Shown in pieces: positions 1 to 5,880 of a stretch of DNA of 32,000 bases; position 1 is the stretch's first letter; each line of letters starts with the position of its first letter. Under the pieces are notes generated by a model that had not been told where the DNA came from, did not search any database, and saw nothing but the letters and a program-made list of their open reading frames with translations. Both the position numbers and the translations under genes were made by a program. Source of the DNA: Synechococcus sp. A15-24 (lineage in GTDB: Bacteria; Cyanobacteriota; Cyanobacteriia; PCC-6307; Cyanobiaceae); assembly GCF_014280195.1 (NCBI RefSeq), contig NZ_CP047960.1, positions 1,680,001 to 1,712,000 on the forward strand. Reading direction: 5' to 3'.

Positions 1-190
1 GTTCCGGTCTTCTGGCGACTGGCCTTGAGAGCGGCATAGGCCTCTGGGGGCAGCAGCGCCTTCACCGTGCGAGTCACGGTGTTTGGGCTGCAACCGAAGA
101 CCTCCGCCAGGGCAACAGTGGACTCTCCAGCCTTGTAACGACCCACCAGGTCCTGCTTCTCGCTTTCGCTAAGACGACGTGGGGCCATCA
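1..190 (-). CDS. HTH-domain DNA-binding protein, N-terminal 63 codons only (gene runs off the left edge)
   Basis: Reverse-strand ATG at 190-188. It reads MAPRRLSESEKQDLVGRYKAGESTVALAEVFGCSPNTVTRTVKALLPPEAYAALKASRQKTG with no stop down to position 1. The GESTVALAEVFGCSPNTVTR stretch looks like a resolvase/transposase-type helix-turn-helix. It is absent from the ORF track because it is truncated. Confidence 0.6.
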
Positions 191-250
191 ATGTCGTTTA
201 GGAGCTCCAAACTCTAGGAGCCTTAGGTGGCTGGCAGAATGCGATCGGCA

Positions 251-324
251 GCTCCCTTAGCTCAGCTGGATAGAGCAACTGCCTTCTAAGCAGTCGGTCG
301 ATGGTTCGAATCCATCAGGGGGCG
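251..324 (+). tRNA. tRNA-Arg, anticodon TCT
   Basis: The cloverleaf is readable by eye. Acceptor stem: GCTCCCT (251-257) / AGGGGGC (317-323). D arm: GCTC-AGCTGGATA-GAGC. Anticodon arm: ACTGC-CTTCTAA-GCAGT, with TCT at 285-287. Variable loop: CGGTC. T arm: GATGG-TTCGAAT-CCATC. Discriminator: G324. No CCA is encoded. Confidence 0.93.
280..322 (+). repeat. attL-type direct repeat (3' part of tRNA-Arg), identical to 5722-5764
   Basis: TGCCTTCTAAGCAGTCGGTCGATGGTTCGAATCCATCAGGGGG is present at both places. I compared the two copies base by base and found 43/43 identical. Confidence 0.9.
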
Positions 325-338
325 TTAGTTATACCAAA

Positions 339-367
339 GGTTCTCAGCGTTTCTGAGAGCCATTTTT
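339..367 (+). terminator. intrinsic terminator directly after tRNA-Arg, lying inside the inserted element
   Basis: The stem is GGTTCTCAG (339-347) / CTGAGAGCC (353-361), 9 bp with one G-U pair. The loop is CGTTT, followed by ATTTTTC (362-368). Confidence 0.55.
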
Positions 368-383
368 CATTTCATCTTGCAGC

Positions 384-420
384 CTTGTGCGCAGAATTGT
401 GCGCAGATTCATTGCAACCG
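384..420 (+). repeat. 37-bp arm repeat, copy A (two GTGCGCAGA sites 12 bp apart plus ATTGCAAC)
   Basis: CTTGTGCGCAGAATTGTGCGCAGATTCATTGCAACCG matches 5571-5607 at 32 of 37 positions in direct orientation. GTGCGCAGA occurs at 387-395 and 399-407. An inverted single copy (GTGCGCA on the minus strand) lies at 450-456. Confidence 0.7.
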
Positions 421-546
421 CCTCTGCCGCAACAGATCACAGCAATTTTTGCGCACAATCGCCCAAAACCCGCCGCCTGAAATGCATCTCGTCATTTATT
501 TCGTAATTCAGTGCCTATAAATAATTGCCTTTATAACTAGAACCGG

Positions 547-573
547 CAAAAAAGAAGCCGCCGAAGCGGCCCC
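547..573 (-). terminator. orphan intrinsic terminator on the minus strand (UUCG tetraloop hairpin plus U-tract)
   Basis: The minus strand reads GCCGC-TTCG-GCGGC followed by TTCTTTTTTG. On the plus strand this is GCCGC 557-561, CGAA 562-565, GCGGC 566-570 and an A-tract at 548-553. No minus-strand ORF lies upstream of it. Confidence 0.4.
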
Positions 574-668
574 TATCTGTTGCGCTGAGCCGCCAGTCCA
601 CCGTAAAACTGAGTGTTCACAGAATACTCAAAACAGCTAAGCTGTATATATCCCAGATATGCATTTTA

Positions 669-845
669 GTGCCCAAACGTCAGCTACCTATTCAGGCTGA
701 CCTGATCATCAATCGTCTTCGTCTTGAAGCCAGTATTGAACGTCAGCGTGCAGTCTTTGAAATTGATGATGACTTGCCACATGTGCCGTCCTACGACCCA
801 TTAGCAAGTCCCCAAAGCCGCCGCATAGCAACTCATGTCAGCTGA
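669..845 (+). CDS. possible small ORF (58 aa, GTG start) overlapping the next gene; hypothetical
   Basis: Frame 3 is open from 537 to TGA at 843-845 and contains no ATG. GTG at 669 gives VPKRQLPIQADLIINRLRLEASIERQRAVFEIDDDLPHVPSYDPLASPQSRRIATHVS. It overlaps the ATG at 835 by 11 nt. It is below the ORF-track cutoff and the start is uncertain. Confidence 0.3.
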   Translation: MPKRQLPIQADLIINRLRLEASIERQRAVFEIDDDLPHVPSYDPLASPQSRRIATHVS

Positions 846-1245
846 ATTTCAATCAATCGACGACCAGATCAAGGCGTCGTACCAATCTGCATCGCAAGTC
901 GAAACTCAGGCTCGTCAGCTTGAAGCCAGAATCGCCAAGATCGATGGCACAAAACATCTCATACCAACACGTCGTTATGGTCAACCGGTCGACCTAGCAA
1001 AAATCAGGTCAAATCTGACACTTACATCTCTTATTGCACAAGATTCCGCAGAGCTAGCTCACTTTTGCGGCATAGACCCTGGCATTCGTCACCGTATGGA
1101 CGAGGAGAAGGAGGCCAGAGCCCTTGCAGCGCAGTCGTTAGCGATGCGCACAGAGCGCCTCCGCGACAGTAACGAGAGCGCTGCCAAGGTCCGCGAGCAG
1201 CAGCTCATCAGTGGCATCAACCCAATGACTGGGAGGTTCTTCTGA
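835..1245 (+). CDS. hypothetical protein, helical/coiled-coil-looking (island cargo)
   Basis: 136-aa ORF with an ATG start. Its stop (1243-1245) shares a base with the next ATG (TGATG). I recognise no domain by eye. Confidence 0.6.
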   Translation: MSAEFQSIDDQIKASYQSASQVETQARQLEARIAKIDGTKHLIPTRRYGQPVDLAKIRSNLTLTSLIAQDSAELAHFCGIDPGIRHRMDEEKEARALAAQSLAMRTERLRDSNESAAKVREQQLISGINPMTGRFF

Positions 1246-1592
1246 TGCTTGCTCGACCGCACCCTGTTCTGGGTTGGCTGCATTGCCAGCCAGAGGACAG
1301 CAGAAGACTCCTCGACCGTCAGCTAACCCATCGCGATCATGCGCTGGAGGCTGATCCAAGCTTCAGCGGTATGCCAGCGAGCTTCGTTGAGGAGACCTGG
1401 GTCAACTGGTTGCCCAAGGCTGTCGCCAAGCCCTTCTACAGAGACCAGCTCACCGCCCATGTTGCAGAGCTGGAACGCCAAATCACCAACCTCAGCCGGG
1501 AGATTGAACTGCAGTCCGGCGGCCTGCTCGATCAAAGAGATGCAGCTGTGGATCTCAGGCAACGTCTCAAGCACTTGCTTGACAACTCATAA
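1245..1592 (+). CDS. hypothetical protein (island cargo), C-terminal coiled-coil-like segment
   Basis: 115-aa ORF coupled to the upstream gene by a TGATG overlap. The C-terminus LTAHVAELERQITNLSREIELQSGGLLDQRDAAVDLRQRLKHLL looks heptad-like. Confidence 0.55.
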   Translation: MLARPHPVLGWLHCQPEDSRRLLDRQLTHRDHALEADPSFSGMPASFVEETWVNWLPKAVAKPFYRDQLTAHVAELERQITNLSREIELQSGGLLDQRDAAVDLRQRLKHLLDNS

Positions 1593-1615
1593 CTCTAGAC
1601 AGTCTGAAAATTCCA

Positions 1616-1834
1616 GTGCAACCACTACTGATGCCAAACCTTTTTGATCACGTCCCAGACGTTCCTCTGTTGCATAGCGTTAACCGATGGCCCAAGAGTT
1701 GCGCCAGAGAGGAATGGTTGCGAATAACTAAAGCCGCTGTGGCTAGCGTCATTGCAAATCTGGCAGATAACCTAGACGACGTGGAGCTATCACTCGTCGA
1801 GCAGCTCTTTAAAGAAGCAGATTTGTTGCCATGA
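1616..1834 (+). CDS. hypothetical small protein (island cargo)
   Basis: 72-aa ORF starting at GTG 1616, with an alternative ATG at 1631. It is on the same strand as the two upstream ORFs and 23 nt after them. Its stop is 8 nt from the convergent 1843-3015 gene. Confidence 0.45.
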   Translation: MQPLLMPNLFDHVPDVPLLHSVNRWPKSCAREEWLRITKAAVASVIANLADNLDDVELSLVEQLFKEADLLP

Positions 1835-1842
1835 GACCAGAG

Positions 1843-3015
1843 TTAATCGAGTTCCATTTCATTTATTGATTTCACCACTGAACGGGCTCTTTTTACTTGT
1901 GCAGGGTCACAGTATTTTTCTGCAAATTGCCACTTGCCCAATGAAATCAATTCACTTTCAAGTTCTGAAATAATGGACTCAAACTCAGCTGGCGGCAATT
2001 GGGTAAGCTCTGTTTTCCCTGTCCAATCCCTAAGATCCTCTGGGATATCCTGAAGTCCCCACCCAAATTTAAATGCTTGTTCAATAAGGACGCAGTCAGA
2101 TCTATCAGGGAAAAAGCGAGGTGCAATTAATTCGGGCCCGTATTTACCTTGTGAAGACCTTCGCTTCTTGTTGCTACTTATTCCGTACTTTGAGCATTTC
2201 GGGTTAGGGGACTCGTGCAGATATAGCTCACAGTTGCCTCCATAAGCAAGAGTGCCAGACAACGCTCTCCAAACGGTATCATTAGTTTTTCCATTATGTG
2301 CAGAATATATTGGTCCATATTTTCTGCCTAAGGCAGGACCTACTTTTTTTCCATTCGCTATACATTGGGCAATATGACAGCATTTAATACCACTTTTGTG
2401 GCCCTTCTTGGGTCCCGTCAGCCGCCTCTGCAAAACATCTTTTGGCTTTGCTGGGTGCACTTCGTTGTGACGTGTGCAGTAAAAATTCAGTACGGATCTG
2501 CAGGTAATGTATTCACCTGAAACCCATACAAGAGTGGGATTGTAGTTTGCTAGACGTTCCTGAAAACTCTCAGCATTTTTTCTATCTTTTTCTCTCCCTC
2601 TTTCTCTATTAGCCTCTAACATACAACATCTTAAGCCTTGGCCCTTTTTGCAGTGGTTGGGAGCGGCTTCAAAATGTTTTTGATGTTTTAAGCAAAGGTG
2701 ATAGATGGGCGTATCCTTATCAATATATTCTTCGAGTCGAATTACTTTTCCAAACTTGGCAAGATCTTCATCGTAAGTTGCTGCCGCTTTATCCCTCTTC
2801 CTTTGATTAGCTTCTTGCGCACGATGCCTTGCGCAGCACTCAAGCCCCCAGCCTCTTGCTACGATGCATGGCTTAGACGTATAAACTTCATCGTGTCTTA
2901 GACACAAGTAATAAGTGTCTCTCTCGTTACCAAGAAATTCGCCTACAAGTTCTACTCTCCCGTGAGAGACTATTTCAGCTAGATGTTGCTCCTTTGTTTT
3001 GCGTCGATTAGGCAT
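1843..3015 (-). CDS. triple Zn-binding-repeat protein with a C-terminal GIY-YIG/T5orf172-like putative nuclease domain
   Basis: 390-aa ORF. It has three tandem repeats of the pattern Y-x-C-x2-H ... C-C: YYLCLRHDEVYTSKPCIVARGWGLECC, IYHLCLKHQKHFEAAPNHCKKGQGLRCC and NFYCTRHNEVHPAKPKD...KSGIKCC. The C-terminus reads CELYLHESPNPKCSKYGISSNKKRR ... LIEQAFKFGW ... WTGKTELTQL, which resembles GIY-YIG-clan (T5orf172-like) spacing. This is the lowest-GC stretch of the island. Confidence 0.7.
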   Translation of the reverse strand: MPNRRKTKEQHLAEIVSHGRVELVGEFLGNERDTYYLCLRHDEVYTSKPCIVARGWGLECCARHRAQEANQRKRDKAAATYDEDLAKFGKVIRLEEYIDKDTPIYHLCLKHQKHFEAAPNHCKKGQGLRCCMLEANRERGREKDRKNAESFQERLANYNPTLVWVSGEYITCRSVLNFYCTRHNEVHPAKPKDVLQRRLTGPKKGHKSGIKCCHIAQCIANGKKVGPALGRKYGPIYSAHNGKTNDTVWRALSGTLAYGGNCELYLHESPNPKCSKYGISSNKKRRSSQGKYGPELIAPRFFPDRSDCVLIEQAFKFGWGLQDIPEDLRDWTGKTELTQLPPAEFESIISELESELISLGKWQFAEKYCDPAQVKRARSVVKSINEMELD

Positions 3016-3142
3016 TTTTTCCGTGTTACTTTACATCTCTGAGGTGCTCTTCTGGTGGTGTTTTCTTGGGCATTTAAAAGGATTTGCGCGTTTGATGCGA
3101 GTCGCTGCGCAACAGATTTATCCATTGTAGAGGAGCTGAGAA

Positions 3143-3529
3143 ATGGCCAGAACCAGCAGAGCTGAGCGCAACCGACGTCGTGAATCAGCGTTAACGCTGG
3201 TCAGCGAGGGAAAAGGTTTTAGTGATGTAGTGACCGCACAGATGGCGCAATGGGGGTGCAGCAGAAGTTCTGCGCAACGGGACTGTCGTTGGGCACACAA
3301 CCAGCTGCAGTTGGGCATGGATTCGCACGATGCTCAACATCTGATGGTGCACATGGCGACATCACTTCAACGCATTGCATTGAAAGCCGAGCAGGACAAG
3401 CAGTACGGCGCAGCGGTCGGTGCACAGAAGATGTTGTACGAGCTGCTGTTACGTCGACGGCTTGATGACGAAGCTGAGAAGGCAAAGAAACCAGGTTGGG
3501 GTTATCGCCATTGCAACACCAGGCGCTGA
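3143..3529 (+). CDS. hypothetical small basic protein with an N-terminal HTH-like segment (island regulator or DNA-binding protein?)
   Basis: 128-aa ORF. A basic N-terminus (MARTSRAERNRRRE) is followed by SALTLVSEGKGFSDVVTAQMAQWGCSRSSAQRDCRWA, which looks HTH-like. The rest looks helical. The functional call is inference only. Confidence 0.5.
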   Translation: MARTSRAERNRRRESALTLVSEGKGFSDVVTAQMAQWGCSRSSAQRDCRWAHNQLQLGMDSHDAQHLMVHMATSLQRIALKAEQDKQYGAAVGAQKMLYELLLRRRLDDEAEKAKKPGWGYRHCNTRR

Positions 3530-3533
3530 ATAC

Positions 3534-3554
3534 TCTGCGCACCAATCTGCGCAC
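3534..3554 (-). promoter_or_regulatory. third pair of phased GTGCGCAGA sites (inverted relative to the end copies)
   Basis: The plus strand has TCTGCGCAC at 3534-3542 and 3546-3554, which is GTGCGCAGA twice on the minus strand with 12-bp spacing. ATTGCAAC lies nearby at 3510-3517. A related single site, CTGCGCA, is at 3105-3111. Confidence 0.5.
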
Positions 3555-3608
3555 TGCACTCGAAATGACAGAAGATTATTGAGTCACAGAGGGCGATCTA
3601 AACAGGTC

Positions 3609-3635
3609 GACCTACTGCTGTTACGGCAGTAGGTC
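3609..3635. terminator. 10-bp hairpin between convergent island genes (possible bidirectional terminator)
   Basis: GACCTACTGC (3609-3618), a 7-nt loop, then GCAGTAGGTC (3626-3635). The flanking U-tracts are weak, with only TTT on the minus-strand side. Confidence 0.35.
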
Positions 3636-3697
3636 ACTTAGAATGGCCTCATCCTTGGCTGGATCTGGCCCGTGACCTATTCGGTTGTGGGTCATTT

Positions 3698-3934
3698 TTA
3701 TGCTTGCTCCTTACGGCTAAGCATTCCAAGCTGGTGAAATTTTTCACGGCAACTTTCAACGTCCCAACGAATTGGGGATGTTTTGTGTGCACCGAGAAAA
3801 TAATCTTCGCCAGCTATCAGAGGACCACCTTTGGAATCCATCTGACGTTTTAAGTGGCCCTGCGACATTTTCATCGCATAGGCAGCATCAGCTGTCTTTA
3901 AGACAAGCCGATGCCTCTCCATTGTTAAATCCAT
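3698..3934 (-). CDS. excisionase/AlpA-like HTH DNA-binding protein
   Basis: 78-aa ORF downstream of int on the same strand. LKTADAAYAMKMSQGHLKRQMDSKGGPLIAGEDYFLGAHKTSPIRWDVESCREKF follows the typical Xis/HTH_17 layout: HTH, then G-x-x-P, then W-D. An alternative start is the ATG at 3922. Confidence 0.6.
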   Translation of the reverse strand: MDLTMERHRLVLKTADAAYAMKMSQGHLKRQMDSKGGPLIAGEDYFLGAHKTSPIRWDVESCREKFHQLGMLSRKEQA

Positions 3935-4132
3935 TAAAATTAAGCGTGGTTAAAGAAAGAAGTTGCATGGGACTAGAGCAGAGCTTCAGTTTCTGACCAC
4001 ACCGGCATAACCAGTGCTCACATAGTGAATCGAATGTAGCCACTCGATTCAGCCGGTCATAGCGAGCCGCCGAAGGCAGCATTCGCGTCAGACGCATAAC
4101 GCCTGTGACCACATTCTGCAGCACGTTGCAAG

Positions 4133-4165
4133 CTTTGGCAAGCCAAAGACACCATAGATGGTGTC
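4133..4165. repeat. two abutting palindromes between the int stop and the xis-like gene
   Basis: The first is CTTTGGC-aa-GCCAAAG (4133-4148). The second is GACACCAT-ag-ATGGTGTC (4148-4165). They lie 43 nt downstream of the int stop, in the minus-strand sense. Confidence 0.45.
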
Positions 4166-4207
4166 AGCCAACAATGAAAGTAATTTGGTATGCCATAACT
4201 TAAAGGC

Positions 4208-5611
4208 TCAAGTCTGGCCTTTTGCCACTGCAACACCGGCATTAGTTTTCTTCAGCGCAGCATCCATAGACTCGCGATCAAGCCAGTGACCGTAATGCCT
4301 GAGATGGGTCAGAAGCGAGTGCCGAAGCCACTTTGCAGCGACTCGTTCGTGCATGTGATTGTCAGATTCAATATGCGCTCGATACGCCCAGCCATGCCGG
4401 AATGAGTTTGCTGTGATGTTGGCGTTGCCAGCTTTGATGACGTCTCGCCAGTAGGGGAAGCGATTCAGCTGCTGCCCGACCTCACCACCAACACCTTGAA
4501 AACTATTCTTCTTCTCTATTGTAGAAATTTGGTTGCGTACGGCCTTCGGCAGCTTCACTAAGCCAGATTCGAATGCTGTCAGCATCTGCTCAGCTTCGCC
4601 TACAGGCCGACCCGCAATGGCCAGAGGCATCACAGGGTCAGGTGCCTTGATCGGTTTGTGCATAGTGCGATGGTTTCGTTTGATATGACCAACAGTCGCT
4701 TGACCGTCTTGCACCTGAAGCACCGCAATTTCACCTGGTCGTAATCCGAGATAAGCGATCAGCCCAACGCACAATTTCAGATCGTGGCGGCCAGCACTCT
4801 CCAGTTCATCCAAAAGATCACTGATCTGCTTGCTCTTGAGTGGTGGTGTGGTTTTGTCCGCTTCAACCTGTGCGCTGGCCGTACCGGTCAGCTGACGCAT
4901 CAGCTCAGTGCCTTGTGAACCTGATGGTGGTGCGAACCGTGGCGGAACCATCTGACGCTCGACAGACCATTTCAGAAATGCCGAGCAATCTTTCAAAGCT
5001 CGGATTCGCCCTTGGCCGCCAGCACTGACGGAAACGTTGCCGTCCGTATCGTAAAAATGCTGCTCCGCATAAGCCTGCAGAGCCGCTTCACCATTGCGTG
5101 GCTTTGGTGCTGACTCTAGGGTTTGCAGCAGTTTGTTCAAGCGAGCTGAGGTCCATTTCAGAGTGTTGGGGCGATTGCCAGCCTTTGTCGCCATGAAGCT
5201 GGCAAGAGCTGATTCCCACGCTTTTTGGCCAGTGACACCGGCAACGCTTGCAGAAGGCTTTTTCGGATCATCCAAAGAATCTCCGTACAGCTTCACCGCC
5301 TTGGAGAGAGAGAGCTGCTGAACCTCCATCAGCTCACGCACGGCCTTGACCCAGTTCAAGATTGGAGTCGAACTGGCCTTGGTCCAGGGCAACGGCAGAT
5401 ACGCAGAAGACCTTGAACCGTCTTCGAAACGGCGCGTGAGCTGCACAGTTCCGCGATGGTCACGAATGGACCAACCGAAGCCTTGCTCGGCCTTGAGCAG
5501 CTTTCTGCAAGTTACGAACCATTGCTCTCTCGTAGAAGCCATGACCAACTGCCTTGAAGCATCACAGGAGCCTGTGCGCACAATTGTGCGCAGAATCGTT
5601 GCAACGGTCAA
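4208..5611 (-). CDS. int: tyrosine recombinase / phage-type integrase
   Basis: 467-aa maximal ORF. The C-terminal catalytic elements are readable: GLRPGE (Arg I), NSFRHGWAYRAH (H-x-x-R), WLRHS and LRHYGHW (Tyr). The first 23 codons overlap the 37-bp arm repeat (5571-5607). The ATG at 5542 (MASTREQWF..., 444 aa) is therefore the more likely true start. Confidence 0.88.
   Translation of the reverse strand: MTVATILRTIVRTGSCDASRQLVMASTREQWFVTCRKLLKAEQGFGWSIRDHRGTVQLTRRFEDGSRSSAYLPLPWTKASSTPILNWVKAVRELMEVQQLSLSKAVKLYGDSLDDPKKPSASVAGVTGQKAWESALASFMATKAGNRPNTLKWTSARLNKLLQTLESAPKPRNGEAALQAYAEQHFYDTDGNVSVSAGGQGRIRALKDCSAFLKWSVERQMVPPRFAPPSGSQGTELMRQLTGTASAQVEADKTTPPLKSKQISDLLDELESAGRHDLKLCVGLIAYLGLRPGEIAVLQVQDGQATVGHIKRNHRTMHKPIKAPDPVMPLAIAGRPVGEAEQMLTAFESGLVKLPKAVRNQISTIEKKNSFQGVGGEVGQQLNRFPYWRDVIKAGNANITANSFRHGWAYRAHIESDNHMHERVAAKWLRHSLLTHLRHYGHWLDRESMDAALKKTNAGVAVAKGQT
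5571..5607 (+). repeat. 37-bp arm repeat, copy B
   Basis: CCTGTGCGCACAATTGTGCGCAGAATCGTTGCAACGG is 32/37 identical to 384-420. GTGCGCACA is at 5574-5582 and GTGCGCAGA at 5586-5594, 12 bp apart. One further GTGCGCA lies at 5630-5636. Confidence 0.7.
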
Positions 5612-5721
5612 CCAGGAGTTACAACTTCTGTGCGCATAGCCTTGCCTAACACCTAGTCATACCAACGGTTATCACTAGTGTTCATGGGATTTTGACCTTG
5701 ATACAGCGCCCTTTGACCAAG

Positions 5722-5764
5722 TGCCTTCTAAGCAGTCGGTCGATGGTTCGAATCCATCAGGGGG
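5722..5764 (+). repeat. attR-type partial tRNA-Arg copy (3' 43 nt only, not a gene)
   Basis: Identical to 280-322. The upstream sequence cannot form the acceptor 5' strand or the D arm. Two TTTGACC heptamers (5691-5697 and 5712-5718, 21 bp apart) sit immediately to its left. Confidence 0.9.
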
Positions 5765-5880
5765 AGTTCAAAGAGAGGCCATTCTTTGAGGTCGAACACA
5801 TGGCCATGGGAGGTCAGAAAGGGCAAGAAGGCTGTTGCTCGAGACCTGTTGGGGACGGTGGCGATGACCACCATGCAAAC

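Larger units (their letters stand above)
280..5764. mobile_element. ~5.4 kb integrative element inserted in the 3' end of tRNA-Arg(TCT), with tyrosine recombinase, Xis-like gene and cargo
   Basis: It is flanked by perfect 43-bp direct repeats of the tRNA 3' part. The second copy (5722-5764) lacks the tRNA 5' half. An integrase gene abuts the distal repeat. The interior is visibly AT-richer: by hand count, 22/60 G+C at 2281-2340 versus 39/60 at 15301-15360. Imperfect 37-bp repeats lie just inside both ends. Confidence 0.8.

Noticed and set aside
3888-4242. 78-aa and 61-aa minus-strand ORFs in the int-xis spacer
   Set aside because: They overlap the xis-like start or the int stop, and their products are Cys/Leu/Arg-rich without pattern. 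The spacer is better explained by the palindromes and hairpins noted above.
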